Source: Gemmatimonadota bacterium
Lineage (GTDB): Bacteria; Gemmatimonadota; Gemmatimonadetes; Longimicrobiales; Gaopeijiaceae
Direction of reading: 5' to 3'
DNA: 64,000 nucleotides
Assembly: GCA_034521595.1 (NCBI GenBank)
Contig: JAXHMG010000003.1
Coordinates: 96,001-160,000 of the forward strand
Shown here: in pieces, positions 19,504 to 29,984 of the stretch
Layout: the number at the start of each line of letters is the position of its first letter
How positions within the stretch are numbered: position 1 is the first letter of the stretch
Position numbers and translations under genes: made by a program
The notes under the pieces: model-generated
The model's input: only the letters and a program-made list of their open reading frames with translations
Database searches by the model: none
Told to the model about the DNA's origin: nothing

Positions 19504-21618
19504 TTAGACCGTCTGTAGTAGCCGATCCGCGTCGTCACCGTTCCACGGACCCAGGTTTCGTTCGAGCAGCGCGTCGGGATCCGGGTCGCGCTCCATGAAG
19601 GCACGGAACAGCGTTTCCGGATCGTCCGCATCCCCTCGGGACAGGATGGCGCCCACGTATTCGCGGCCCGTCTCCCGGTTGAAGATGCCTTCCTCCCGGA
19701 AGCGGGTAAACGCGTCCGCATCCAACACTTCAGCCCAAAGATAGCTGTAGTACCCGGCTGCGTATCCGCCGGCGAACAGGTGCGCGAACGACGTCAGCCC
19801 GTGCAACTGCGAGAAGGTGTCGCCCGGCACGAACGCCCGGAAGCGTTCCTCGGCGAAGCTCATGACCTCATCCGCCTGGACCTCGTCGAGCGTCCGCTCC
19901 TCGTCGTCGGCCGCTTCGGACCGGAGCCGGGGCGCGAGCTCGCTGTGTAGCGCCAGGTCCACCGTACCGAGCGAGAGCTGACGCATCTGGAACCAGCCAC
20001 CCATGAAGCGGCGAGCCGCGATCATGCGTTGGTATAGCTCCTCCGGAAGCGGCTCACCCGTGTCGTGATGCCGCGCGAAGAGGTCGAGGGCTTCGCGCTC
20101 CCAGGTCCAGTTCTCCATGAACTGGCTCGGAAGCTCGACGAAGTCCCACGCGACGTTGATCCCCGCGCGTGACGGGATCTCGACCCTGGACGTGCAGTGA
20201 TGCAGGAGGTGGCCGAACTCGTGAAACGTCGTCTGCACCTCACGGTGGGTGAGGAGGGCCGGCCCGTCTTCGTCCGGCGGCGTGAAGTTGCCGCAGATGA
20301 CGCCGAGGTGGGGCTCGAACCCGCCTTCCCGTGGCCCCCCCGTGACGAAGTGGTTCATCCAGGCGCCTTGGCGCTTCTCCTTGCGGGGAAACCAGTCCGC
20401 GTAAAAGGCGCCGAGCCGGGTGTCGTCCGTTTCGTCGAAGATCTCGAAGTAGCGCACGTCCGGATGCCAGACCTCCTCGACCTCCCGCTCCGTGATTCGG
20501 AAGCCGAACGTGCGGCGCACGATCTCGAAGAGCCCGTCGAGTACCTGCGGAAGTGGGAAGTACGGGCGGAGGTCCTCGTCGTCGATGTCGTAGCGGGCTT
20601 TTCGGAGGTGTTCCGCCACATACGAAACGTCCCACGGCTCGAGCGCATCGTACCCGAGCTCGCGAGCATGGGCCTCGAGCTCGGCCGTGTCTCGCTCATA
20701 GTACGGGCGCGTCCGCTCGACGAGGTCCCGCTCGAACGAGATCGCGCCCTCCCCGGAGCGCGCCATGCGCTCCTCGAGGACGTAGTCCGGGAAGCTCTCG
20801 TATCCGAGGAGCTCCGCGAGCTCGTCCCTCAACCGGAGAATCTTCGCGATGAGCGGACGGTTGTCGTGCTCTCCGGCGCGGCACCGCGTGGCGTACGCGG
20901 TTCGGATCTCCTTGCGGAGCGCTCGATCGTGACAGTGCTTGAGGATGGGCTCGACGGACGGGTGATCCAGGGTGAGCAGCCAGCCGTCGAGATCCTGCTC
21001 GCGAGCCTTCGCGCGAGCCCGACGCTTCGCGGCTTCGGGAACGCCGTCCAACCGGGAGTCGTCCTCGATCAAAAGCTCGTAGCCCGCCGTAGCGTCCAGG
21101 ACGTTTTCGCTGAAGCGCTGCTCGAGCTGGGCCATCTCCACGCGGAGATCCTGAAGCCGCTCCTTGTCGTCCTCGGGAAGGTCGGCGCCCGCCCTGCGAA
21201 ACTCCGCGAGCGTCTTGTCGAGGTGCCGTCTCCGGAGACCCGTGAGGGCCCGCGCTTCCTCGGTGGCCTCATAGGTGGCGAAGCGGCTCCAGAGCCGGGT
21301 GTTCAGGGGCAGGCTGGACCAGAACGCCGAGATCTCCGGGAGCACGGCATTGTACGCGGACCTCAGCTCCGGGGATTCCGCCACGGACATGAGATGCGAG
21401 GGCGGAGCGAGCCGGTCCGAGAGGCGGTCCAGCACACGGTCGAGCCGCGCCACGGTGTTCTCCCAGGTCGGGGAGGCGCTGTCGCCCGCGATGGTGTCCA
21501 CTTCGTTCCGCGCCTCCCGGAGCGCGGCGCGGATGCCGGGCTCCACGTGCTCCGGCCGCATCCGGTGGAAGGGGGGGCGGAAGGTCTCGAGCAGGAGAGG
21601 GTTCTCTTCGTCGGTCAT
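19504..21618 (-). CDS. prlC: M3-family metallopeptidase (oligopeptidase A)
   Basis: ENPLL, FHEFGHLLH (HExxH), WDFVELPSQFMENW, GYAAGYYSYLWAEVLDAD. Confidence 0.92.
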   Translation of the reverse strand: MTDEENPLLLETFRPPFHRMRPEHVEPGIRAALREARNEVDTIAGDSASPTWENTVARLDRVLDRLSDRLAPPSHLMSVAESPELRSAYNAVLPEISAFWSSLPLNTRLWSRFATYEATEEARALTGLRRRHLDKTLAEFRRAGADLPEDDKERLQDLRVEMAQLEQRFSENVLDATAGYELLIEDDSRLDGVPEAAKRRARAKAREQDLDGWLLTLDHPSVEPILKHCHDRALRKEIRTAYATRCRAGEHDNRPLIAKILRLRDELAELLGYESFPDYVLEERMARSGEGAISFERDLVERTRPYYERDTAELEAHARELGYDALEPWDVSYVAEHLRKARYDIDDEDLRPYFPLPQVLDGLFEIVRRTFGFRITEREVEEVWHPDVRYFEIFDETDDTRLGAFYADWFPRKEKRQGAWMNHFVTGGPREGGFEPHLGVICGNFTPPDEDGPALLTHREVQTTFHEFGHLLHHCTSRVEIPSRAGINVAWDFVELPSQFMENWTWEREALDLFARHHDTGEPLPEELYQRMIAARRFMGGWFQMRQLSLGTVDLALHSELAPRLRSEAADDEERTLDEVQADEVMSFAEERFRAFVPGDTFSQLHGLTSFAHLFAGGYAAGYYSYLWAEVLDADAFTRFREEGIFNRETGREYVGAILSRGDADDPETLFRAFMERDPDPDALLERNLGPWNGDDADRLLQTV

Positions 21619-21809
21619 GGGGCCTCGGCGAGGGGCGGGTCAGGACCCGCAATCTATCGTCCCGAAGCGGTGCGTGTAGGGCCGATGGACGTGACCAGAT
21701 CTCCGTTGACAACCGCGATCCCGCTGACAACCTTCGCGCCATGCGCGCGGTGGGAAGTCGAAACGGGTCGGCTTCGCGGTCGCGCCGTCCGCCATGGAGG
21801 TTGAGCAAG

Positions 21810-21992
21810 ATGAGCCGTTCGGACTGGTTCGAGGGCGAGGTCGTTGCCGCCGAGATGTTCGCTTGGGGAGACGACGAGGAGGACCTGGACGACGATCTCG
21901 ACGAGGACGAGTGGGACGAGGACGACGATTGGGACGAGGAGGACCTGGAAGACGATGACGATTGGGACGAGGAGGACGACCTCTGGGACTGA
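21810..21992 (+). CDS. Small extremely acidic Asp/Glu/Trp-rich protein (60 aa)
   Basis: GGAGG RBS 9 nt upstream, TTGACA at 21706; MSRSDWFEGEVVAAEMFAWGDDEEDLDDDLDEDEWDEDDDWDEEDLEDDDDWDEEDDLWD. Confidence 0.65.
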   Translation: MSRSDWFEGEVVAAEMFAWGDDEEDLDDDLDEDEWDEDDDWDEEDLEDDDDWDEEDDLWD

Positions 21993-22083
21993 GCCGTCGC
22001 ATCGAGCAAAGAGGCTCGAGTGGGCTGGTCGCGCGCGCCTCCACGCTTCCGGTCGGTTTCGCGTGAACCTCGGCCGCGGCCGA

Positions 22084-23427
22084 TCAGGTACCGTCGGCCG
22101 TCAGCGTCCCATGCGCGGCCGCGGCTCCGGCGCGTCTTCCCGTGCTCCACGCCCACAAGAAGTTGTGCCCTCCAATGGGACCGAAGGCGTCGAGCACCTC
22201 GCCGCAAAGGTGGAGTCCGGGGTGGCGCCGGGCTTCGAGGGTGCGGGGCGCGACCTCGGCGAGGGAGACGCCGCCGCCGGTCACCTCCGCTTTCTTGTAC
22301 CCTTCGTCGCCCGTCCAGGGGAGGTGATACGCCGTCAGCGCTTCGACCAGGCGTCGGCGGTCGTCTCGACGAAGCTGCGCCAGTTGGGTTTCCGAGGGCA
22401 CGCCGCACTCATGGAGGAGTAGTTCGGTGAGCCGACGGGGCAGCTCCGAGGCCATGGCCGACCGCACCGTGCCAGGTCCGTGCCCCAGGCGAGCCGTCCA
22501 CCCGTCGGCGTTCGCGGCGCTCCACTGCACCAGGAGCTCCTGACGCTTTCCGTCGAGTCTCTGGCGGGTGGCCAGGTGCGACACGTCGAGCACCGTAGGG
22601 CCGCTCCATCCGCGGTGCGTGAACAGGAAGCCCCCTGTCGTTTCGAACGCGGGCTTGGTGCCGGGCGCGCGCAGCGTGATGGTGAGCGAGATCCCGGCCA
22701 GGTCCGCGTGAGGGTGGGGGTCGGCCGTCAAGGGAGTGAGCGCGGGATAGGGTGGATGCACGACGAGTCCGAGCCGCTCGGCGAGCCCGAGCCCGAATCC
22801 GTCGCTACCCGTCGCGGGGACCGAGAGCCCACCCGTGGCCAGTACCACGGCCGTGGCGTCCAACGTCGGAGCTCCATCGAGAACGACCCGCCAACGCACT
22901 CGGGAGCCGTCCTTCGAGCTCGCCGGGAGCACGTCGGTGACCCGGGTGCCGAACCAGAGCCGGGCGCCGGCTTCGCGCACGCGTTCAACCAATCCGTCGC
23001 GGACGTCCCGCGCCCGATGGCTCGACGGGAAGAGCTTGCCGGTCTCCGCCTCCAGCTCGAGCGGCATCCCGAGCTCGGATTCGAAGAAGGCGCGCTGCTC
23101 GTTCAGCGGCCATGCGAGGAGAAGCTTCCGGAGCGTATTCGGCGAGGAGTCGGTCACATAACGTCGGGGCGCGGCCGCCGCTGGGAGGATGTTGCACCGC
23201 CCTCCGCCGCTGATCAGAATCTTGCGCCCGCCGTCCGCGGTGCCCTCGACCAGGATCACGGGAGCGCCGGCCCGCGCGGCGAACAGCGCCGCCACGAGTC
23301 CGGCCGCGCCCGCCCCGATCACGACGACCGGTGCGGGGTCGGTGGCATCGGTGGACGATCCGCGCCACGACGGGCGGTCCTCGTTCGGCGGCGGGTCGGT
23401 GGCCCTGTGCGAGCGCTCGAAAGTCAT
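22084..23427 (-). CDS. HI0933/BaiN-family FAD-dependent oxidoreductase
   Basis: IGAGAAG, GRKILISGGGRCN, LATGGLS.P.TGSDG, FTHRGWSGP, AEVTGGGV, GEVLD..G.IGGHN. Confidence 0.9.
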   Translation of the reverse strand: MTFERSHRATDPPPNEDRPSWRGSSTDATDPAPVVVIGAGAAGLVAALFAARAGAPVILVEGTADGGRKILISGGGRCNILPAAAAPRRYVTDSSPNTLRKLLLAWPLNEQRAFFESELGMPLELEAETGKLFPSSHRARDVRDGLVERVREAGARLWFGTRVTDVLPASSKDGSRVRWRVVLDGAPTLDATAVVLATGGLSVPATGSDGFGLGLAERLGLVVHPPYPALTPLTADPHPHADLAGISLTITLRAPGTKPAFETTGGFLFTHRGWSGPTVLDVSHLATRQRLDGKRQELLVQWSAANADGWTARLGHGPGTVRSAMASELPRRLTELLLHECGVPSETQLAQLRRDDRRRLVEALTAYHLPWTGDEGYKKAEVTGGGVSLAEVAPRTLEARRHPGLHLCGEVLDAFGPIGGHNFLWAWSTGRRAGAAAAHGTLTADGT

Positions 23428-23576
23428 GGAGCCAACGATCGCGCCCTCCGCAACGGACGGACAAGGCCGCCGGCCATCCGACGACGCCCGTTCGACACTG
23501 GCAACGTTCGACCGGTGGAGCGAGTTTCCGAACCGACGAGCCGACCCCCATCCGCGACACCCTTCTAGCAGGTTCC

Positions 23577-24365
23577 ATGTTTCCGATGACGCTTTGGGTC
23601 CGCCGCCTCTTGCTGGCGAACATCGTGATGTTCCTGGTGGCGAATCCCGGAAGCCCGATCTACGGCATGCTGTGGCTGTATCCGCCCGCGGTGCTCGTGC
23701 GTCCGTGGACCGTGGTCACGTACATGTTTTTGCACGCCGGCTTCGGGCACCTGATCTTCAACATGATCGGCCTCTTCTTCTTCGGCCCGCGGCTGGAAGG
23801 GCGTCTGGGATCGAAGGGCTTCTTGGGCCTCTACTTCTTGTCGGGGCTCGGGGGAGCGGCCTTCAGCTTCCTGTTCGCGCGCGAGTATCCGGTGGTCGGC
23901 GCCTCGGCGGCGGTTTACGGAGTGCTCCTCGGCTTCGCCATGCTGTGGCCGCACGAGCGGATCTACATCTGGGGAATCCTCCCCGTACCGGCGTGGCTCC
24001 TGGCGGGCTTGCTCGTCTTCGGCTCGTTGTACGCGGGCATCAGCCCGGGTGAGGCTTCGCGCACCGCGCATTTCGCGCACCTCGGGGGACTCGCGTTCGG
24101 TTTCGGTTTCCTGAAGTGGTGGGATTGGAAGAAGGGTGGGGCCAAGCGGGCGTTCCAGAAGAAGATGAAGCCCGAGGCGGCGGCGCCGTCCGGGGTGGTC
24201 GGAGATCGCCTCGCCGTCTCGCGCTGGAAAGGGATCCCGGTCGATGGCCTCCATGAATTGAACCGCGAGGAGGTCGAGCGCCTGTTGGCCAAGATCGACG
24301 ACCACGGAGCCGGCAGCCTGACGACCTCGGAACGTGAATTCCTGGACCGGATGGCCCGAGGCTGA
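23577..24365 (+). CDS. Rhomboid-family intramembrane serine protease
   Basis: YMFLHAGFGHLIFNM, VVGASAA (GxS), AHFAHLGG; C-terminal LLAKI..G..SLT..ER tail. Confidence 0.9.
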   Translation: MFPMTLWVRRLLLANIVMFLVANPGSPIYGMLWLYPPAVLVRPWTVVTYMFLHAGFGHLIFNMIGLFFFGPRLEGRLGSKGFLGLYFLSGLGGAAFSFLFAREYPVVGASAAVYGVLLGFAMLWPHERIYIWGILPVPAWLLAGLLVFGSLYAGISPGEASRTAHFAHLGGLAFGFGFLKWWDWKKGGAKRAFQKKMKPEAAAPSGVVGDRLAVSRWKGIPVDGLHELNREEVERLLAKIDDHGAGSLTTSEREFLDRMARG

Positions 24366-24383
24366 CTCGGAGCCCTTGGTCGC

Positions 24384-24998
24384 GTGAGCGAGTCCAGCCG
24401 TTACGCCATTCCCGCCCGCATCCACCGGGTGGAGGAGACGATCCAACGAAGCCGGTTCGTCACCACCCTCGCACACGCGCCCGACGCCGACGCCGCGCAC
24501 GCCTTCGTGGAGCGGATCCGCAGCGAGCTGCCCGAGGCGACGCACCACTGCTGGGCGTTCGTCGCGGGACCTCCGGGGAGCACCGGGCACATCGGCATGA
24601 GCGACGACGGGGAGCCGCACGGGACCGCGGGCCGCCCGATGCTGACGGCGCTCCTACACAGTGGTGTCGGCGAAGTGGTCGCGGTCTGCGCCCGCTGGTT
24701 CGGAGGCGTCAAGCTGGGCACGGGCGGACTCGGCCGGGCCTACGCCAGCGGAGTCAAGCTCGCTCTAGAGCATCTGCCCACGGAGGAGCGGGTCGATCGG
24801 GTTCCGGTTCGGGTGACGGTCGGTTACCCGGACGTGGACGCGCTACAGCGGCTGGTCGCTGAGATGGAGGTGGTGGTGGAGGACGAGAGCTACGGGCAGG
24901 AGGTGCGCTACGATCTGGCGGTGCCCGCCACCGTGCTCGACGCCTTCGAGGAGGCCGTGGCCGAAGCGACGCGCGGGGCGGCGCTCATCGACCGCTGA
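24384..24998 (+). CDS. yigZ: YigZ/IMPACT-family protein
   Basis: ATHHCWAF, SDDGEPHGTAGRPML, RWFGGVKLGTGGL.RAY. Confidence 0.92.
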   Translation: MSESSRYAIPARIHRVEETIQRSRFVTTLAHAPDADAAHAFVERIRSELPEATHHCWAFVAGPPGSTGHIGMSDDGEPHGTAGRPMLTALLHSGVGEVVAVCARWFGGVKLGTGGLGRAYASGVKLALEHLPTEERVDRVPVRVTVGYPDVDALQRLVAEMEVVVEDESYGQEVRYDLAVPATVLDAFEEAVAEATRGAALIDR

Positions 24999-25053
24999 GC
25001 TCCGGCGCGACGGGCACCTCGAGCAGGCCGCGGTGCCGCGGGTCCGACCGCCG

Positions 25054-25659
25054 TCAGCGGAGGCGTGCGGCTCCGCGGAGGGCGGCTTCGAGCACGTCGA
25101 GCTCGTCGCTCCAAAAGACCCGCCACCCCTCGGCCCCCCGGCGCAGCTGCATCACTTTGACTTCCGACACCGACCCGCTGATGCGCATCTGCGTGCGGTA
25201 GACCACGTGTGCCGTGTCCGCCGCCTCCATGACGTGCCCGAGCACTTCGTCGTCCCGGTCGTGCAACGAGTGGGTCAGCCCCGGCATGTCGTCGGTCACC
25301 GTCGTGAGCGCTCGGTCGAAGACCTCCGGAGCGTCGAGGTCGGCGTAGCCCGCGGAATCCGTCCCGACCAGGTAGTTCAGCAACTCGCCACTCTCGTCGA
25401 CCTCCGTGGTCATGGTTACGACGTCCCGGAAGAGCTGCAGCGTCTCGGGGTCCAGGAACTGGGCGGCCGTGCTCCAGCGCGACGCACGCACCGAACGGAT
25501 GAACATCTCGGCGGCGGAGTCGGGCGTGGCCGTGAGCTCGGCCAGGGTCTGGGCGCGCGCAGCCGATGGCTGTCCCATGGCCGTCGTGAACAGCGCCGCC
25601 AAGAGAAACGGCAGCCGGCGGCACGAAGCTTCGGGGCGGGGAAAAAGCGTATGAACCAT
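25054..25659 (-). CDS. Hypothetical secreted protein
   Basis: Signal-peptide-like N-terminus ending ARAQ; coherent codon usage. Confidence 0.6.
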   Translation of the reverse strand: MVHTLFPRPEASCRRLPFLLAALFTTAMGQPSAARAQTLAELTATPDSAAEMFIRSVRASRWSTAAQFLDPETLQLFRDVVTMTTEVDESGELLNYLVGTDSAGYADLDAPEVFDRALTTVTDDMPGLTHSLHDRDDEVLGHVMEAADTAHVVYRTQMRISGSVSEVKVMQLRRGAEGWRVFWSDELDVLEAALRGAARLR

Positions 25660-25727
25660 GGACCACGCTACCCCGCACGCGCGCCGGGGAGCCCGCCGTC
25701 GTCGTCACGGACCTTTTCTCGAAGTGG

Positions 25728-25756
25728 TTGAACCCGTAGAGTCCCTTTCATAGCTT
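25728..25756 (+). promoter_or_regulatory. Sigma70-type promoter for tRNA-Ile
   Basis: TTGAAC-17 nt-TAGCTT, 45 nt upstream of the tRNA. Confidence 0.55.
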
Positions 25757-25800
25757 AACCGGCCTAGCCCACCACTCGACACTCGCGGTTGGGCCATGCG

Positions 25801-25875
<75 letters not shown>

Positions 25876-25888
25876 CTGGACGGAGTGT

Positions 25889-25922
25889 GAGCCCCCCGAG
25901 GATCGAAATCCTTGGGGGGCTC
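25889..25922 (+). terminator. Strong hairpin after the tRNA (terminator or processing stem)
   Basis: GAGCCCCCCGAGGAT-CGAA-ATCCTTGGGGGGCTC; weak U-tract. Confidence 0.55.
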
Positions 25923-25983
25923 GAACATTTCGTTGGAGGCCGTGCCCGCTTCGCGGCCCCGCTCCCTCGAGCCTCATGACGCC

Positions 25984-27171
25984 ATGAGCGATCCGAAGCC
26001 TCGCACCGTCGCGGTGCGCACGCAGATACCCCGGTCGCCCCAGGCCGAGCACTCGGTTCCCCTCTATCTGACCTCGAGCTTCACGTTCGACTCCGCGGAG
26101 GAGATGCGGGCGACGTTCGCCGACGAGCTCGACCACAACATCTACAGCCGCTTCACCAACCCCAACGTGGCCGAATTGACGGATAAGCTGCGTGCCATGG
26201 AGGGGGCCGAGGCGGGTCACGCGGTAGCCTCGGGGATGGCCGCGGTCTTTGCTACCTTCGGGGCCCTGCTGTCCGCCGGGGATCATATCCTGGCGTGCCG
26301 CTCGGTGTTCGGCTCCACGCACACGGTGCTCACCAAGTGGCTCCCACGCTGGGGGATCACGCATACCTACGTCGACGCCGGCGATCAGGAGGCTTGGGAG
26401 AGGGAGATCACCGACGAGACCCGCATGATCTTCGTGGAGACGCCGACCAATCCGGCCCTCGACATCCTGGACTTGGGTTGGCTGGGGGAGCTCGCGGCCC
26501 GGCACGATATCCTGTTCGTGGTCGACAATTGCTTTGCGACCCCCGTGCTTCAGCGTCCTCTCGATTGGGGCGCGGACCTCTGCGTCCATTCGGCGACGAA
26601 GTTCATCGACGGCCAAGGGCGCGTGCTCGGGGGGGCGGTCGTGGGTCGCCAGGATCTGGTGGACGAGATCTTCGCTTTCTGCCGTTCGACGGGGCCCGCT
26701 TTGTCTCCTTTCAACGCGTGGGTTCTCTCCAAGAGCCTGGAGACGCTCGCGGTCCGCATGGAGCGTCACTCCGAGAACGCGCTGGCGCTGGCGGAGGCAC
26801 TGGACGGGGCGCCCGGCGTCACGGAAGTGCGTTACCCTTATTTGCCTTCCCATCCTCAGCACGACCTGGCCCGTCGCCAGATGTCCGCGGGGGGCGGGAT
26901 CCTCACCTTCACCGTGGAGGGCGGGCTCGAGCAGGGGCGCCGGTTTCTGGATGCGGTCCGCATGTGCTCGCTGACGGCGAACCTGGGTGACACCCGGACC
27001 ATCGCGACGCATCCCGCCTCCACCACGCACGCCAAGCTCACCGAGGAGGAGCGTCGGGCCGTAGGCATCACGCCCGGATTGATACGCATCTCGGTGGGGC
27101 TGGAGGATATCGACGACATCGTCGCCGACGTTCGCCAGGCCCTGGAGGCGTCACGGTCCGCGCTTCGTTAG
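25984..27171 (+). CDS. metZ: O-succinylhomoserine sulfhydrylase (trans-sulfuration PLP enzyme)
   Basis: YSRFTNP, ASGMAA, ETPTNP, HSATKFIDGQGRVLGG, ANLGDTRT..THPASTTH. Confidence 0.88.
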   Translation: MSDPKPRTVAVRTQIPRSPQAEHSVPLYLTSSFTFDSAEEMRATFADELDHNIYSRFTNPNVAELTDKLRAMEGAEAGHAVASGMAAVFATFGALLSAGDHILACRSVFGSTHTVLTKWLPRWGITHTYVDAGDQEAWEREITDETRMIFVETPTNPALDILDLGWLGELAARHDILFVVDNCFATPVLQRPLDWGADLCVHSATKFIDGQGRVLGGAVVGRQDLVDEIFAFCRSTGPALSPFNAWVLSKSLETLAVRMERHSENALALAEALDGAPGVTEVRYPYLPSHPQHDLARRQMSAGGGILTFTVEGGLEQGRRFLDAVRMCSLTANLGDTRTIATHPASTTHAKLTEEERRAVGITPGLIRISVGLEDIDDIVADVRQALEASRSALR

Positions 27172-27181
27172 AGTCTCGCTG

Positions 27182-28264
27182 ATGCCTCTCGTCGCCCACT
27201 CCGGCCTTCCGACCTTCTCCGCCCTGAAAGCTCAGGGCCACGAGCTCCTCACCGTCGAACGGGCCCGGCATCAGGATATCCGTGAGCTGCACATCGGGTT
27301 CCTGAACATGATGCCCGACGCTGCGCTGCGAGCCACGGAGCGTCAGTTCATCCGGCTGGTGGGGGCGTGTAACCGGATCGCGCAGTTCTACGTGTACCCG
27401 TTCACCGTGCCGGGCGTCCCAAGGGGCCCTCAAATCTCGGATTACATAGACGAGCACTACAGTCGCTTCGAGGATCTTCGAGAGGATGGCCTCGATGCTC
27501 TGATCATCACCGGAGCGAACGTCGCGAACCCGGAAGTGGCCGAGGAGCCGTTCTGGGACCCCTTGGTCGAAGTCGTGGATTGGGCGCGGGAGCACGTGAC
27601 CTCCGTCTTCTGCTCCTGTCTGGCCACGCATGCATTGGTCCAGCACCTCTACGAGATCGAGCGCCAACCGCTGCCGAAGAAGAAGTGGGGCGTCTATAGC
27701 CATCGGGTGCACACCAGAGACCATCCGATCATGCGTGAGATCAACACCCGCTTCGACGTTCCCCACTCCCGCCATAACGATGTCTCGCGAGAGCAATTCG
27801 AATCCGCGGGTCTCGTCGTGCTCGTGGAGAGCGAGGAAGCGGGCGTCCACATGGCCACGAGCCCGGATCAGTTCCGATTCCTCTATCTCCAAGGGCATCC
27901 CGAGTACGACGTGCACAGCCTGCTGAAGGAGTACAAGCGCGAGGCGCATCGCTTCCTGGCCGGTGAGATTCCGCTTCCCCCGCCATTTCCCGAACACTAC
28001 TTCACGACCGAGGCAGCGGACCTCGCCACGGCGTATCTGGAAGCTGCCCTGCACGCTCGCGATGCGGGTGATCCCTTCCCCGAGACTCTGGAGCGCGACA
28101 TCCTGCCGCTGCTCGACAACACCTGGGGGGATACCGCCAAGGCGATCGTGAACAACTGGCTGGGGCTCGTCTATCAGCTCACGGACATGGATCGCCGGAA
28201 GCTGTTCATGCCCGGAGTGGATCCGGACGACCCCCTCGGGATCTTGGCCCGGAACAGCGTGTAG
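27182..28264 (+). CDS. metA: Homoserine O-succinyl/acetyltransferase (MetA family)
   Basis: QDIRELHIGFLNMMP, IITGANV, CSCLA, PHSRHN, QGHPEYD. Confidence 0.92.
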   Translation: MPLVAHSGLPTFSALKAQGHELLTVERARHQDIRELHIGFLNMMPDAALRATERQFIRLVGACNRIAQFYVYPFTVPGVPRGPQISDYIDEHYSRFEDLREDGLDALIITGANVANPEVAEEPFWDPLVEVVDWAREHVTSVFCSCLATHALVQHLYEIERQPLPKKKWGVYSHRVHTRDHPIMREINTRFDVPHSRHNDVSREQFESAGLVVLVESEEAGVHMATSPDQFRFLYLQGHPEYDVHSLLKEYKREAHRFLAGEIPLPPPFPEHYFTTEAADLATAYLEAALHARDAGDPFPETLERDILPLLDNTWGDTAKAIVNNWLGLVYQLTDMDRRKLFMPGVDPDDPLGILARNSV

Positions 28265-28669
28265 CGGCCCGGCGGTCCTGGCGGGTGGACACAACTTGTT
28301 GGAACGGCCGTGAGCCACGGCGGTGTGCGACTCTTTTGCCGCTTCTCCGCCCCATTTTCCGGGCTTGTCGCAGATCGCGACGGGCTCGCTCAATTCGCCG
28401 GACTCGGCAAGGGGGTTCGAGGGGCTCTCGGGGAGGCTTTGTCGATAAAAGTTGCCGACGGCCGGGGGCGGCACCTCTGCTATCGTGGGTGAACCCGCTT
28501 GTGCCACGCGCTTGGCGGGGTGCCGGGCATTTTTTGCCGAGCGCCGGTTCCGCCCGTGAAGGCATGCTTTCTGCGATTTGGAAGGCCACGAACGAACGGC
28601 GGCCCACGCCTGGAGCAGAATCTCGGCACGGGGCCGCGACACGGAGTGCAAGCACCCAGGAGGTGGATC

Positions 28670-29056
28670 GTGGCTTTTCGTACGATGCTCGTGGCGGCGC
28701 TCGTCCTGGCGCCGATGGTGACGATGCCGGCCGACGTGTCGGCGCAGGATCGGGGCGCGGAGCGGTCGGAGGCGGCCGCGGCGCGTGGTGCGGCCGACCA
28801 GCAAGCGGAACAGCGTCCCGACGGGGCTCCTGCCGGACTTCAGAAGGCGTTCGAGGGCCGGACGCCTCCGGCAGCTCTCGAACGGCAGTTCCCGGGAATC
28901 TTCTCCGAGCCGGAGCCCGAACCTGCGGCCGAACCGACGTCGGAGCCGGAGCCTGCCCCGGAGGACGACTGCGAGACGAGCCTCGAGCTCGTCGGCGGTG
29001 AATACGTCCTCGTGGACTGTGAGGGGAACGTCGCCGACCCGTCCGAGATGGATTAG
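28670..29056 (+). CDS. Hypothetical secreted protein with a Pro/Glu-rich linker
   Basis: AGGAGG RBS, GTG start, signal peptide, EPEPEP repeats, Cys pair. Confidence 0.6.
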   Translation: MAFRTMLVAALVLAPMVTMPADVSAQDRGAERSEAAAARGAADQQAEQRPDGAPAGLQKAFEGRTPPAALERQFPGIFSEPEPEPAAEPTSEPEPAPEDDCETSLELVGGEYVLVDCEGNVADPSEMD

Positions 29057-29071
29057 ATCGCACCGACCGCT

Positions 29072-29971
29072 TCAGGGAGCTCCGCGTGCGTGCGTCCGGC
29101 GGGGCAGTGCCGGTACGAGCGTGGTGCCGGTGCGCCAGCCCCGGACCTGGAACTCCCGTGAGCTCTGTGCGGTCTCTCCGGTGTCTTCGTCGGTGACGGT
29201 CACCGTTAGACGGTACGCTCCCTGCGGAAGCGCCGATTCGACCCGCCGCAGCTCTCCCAACGCTCCATCGCCACCGGGCGCCGAACGGCCGGTGAAGACG
29301 GTCCGGACCGCCGGTGCCCCCTCCGCATCCTCGGGTCCGCCCGTCAGCACGCGAATCGAGATCTCGGTCGCGTAGGCGTGGTCACCCGGAAGGTTGTAGA
29401 TCTCGTAGTAGACGTCGAAGGCACTCTCCGGGAAGAGGCGAGTGGGCAGGAGGGCCAGCGCGGCGCTTCCTCGCTCCCATCCCTGGTCCACGTCCGGGAG
29501 ACCGAGCGCGATGTCGCTCAACAGGAGCTCATCGCCGCCGTAGTCGGGAATCGAGAACGGGGACTGATAGAGCTGCCCGACTCCCGGGGTGCTCGCGTCG
29601 GTCATGATCACGCGTTGCTGCGTGTCTCGGGAAGGAGGAGCGTCCAGCTCGACGTAGGTGTGGAGGAGGTGATCGCCGTCCAGCGAGCTCGGCGTGCCCA
29701 CGAACACGGAATCGTCGGTCCGGACGACGGTTTGTAGCGCGGTGTCCGTCACGATGAAGCTCACATCGAACCGGTAGCGGCTCAGCCCGTCTTCCTCGTC
29801 TCGGTGAAGCTCTCCAGCGGAGACGGCGAAAGCGGCCACCACCCGGGTTCGTCCCTCTTCACCGCGGAACGTGTAAAGGTCGTATTCGAACGGGAGAGGG
29901 CCGCGCTCCTCGGGAACCATGGCGACCGACGCGGCCACGAGCGCACCTGCCACCGAGAGCGTCAGCCGCAT
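29072..29971 (-). CDS. Hypothetical secreted protein (resembles beta-rich C-terminal regions of GWxTD/VWA-type proteins)
   Basis: Signal peptide; LLLSDIAL, VYYEIYNL, G.YRLTVTVTD..TG motifs. Confidence 0.6.
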   Translation of the reverse strand: MRLTLSVAGALVAASVAMVPEERGPLPFEYDLYTFRGEEGRTRVVAAFAVSAGELHRDEEDGLSRYRFDVSFIVTDTALQTVVRTDDSVFVGTPSSLDGDHLLHTYVELDAPPSRDTQQRVIMTDASTPGVGQLYQSPFSIPDYGGDELLLSDIALGLPDVDQGWERGSAALALLPTRLFPESAFDVYYEIYNLPGDHAYATEISIRVLTGGPEDAEGAPAVRTVFTGRSAPGGDGALGELRRVESALPQGAYRLTVTVTDEDTGETAQSSREFQVRGWRTGTTLVPALPRRTHARGAP

Positions 29972-29984
29972 GGTCGTCTGCCCG

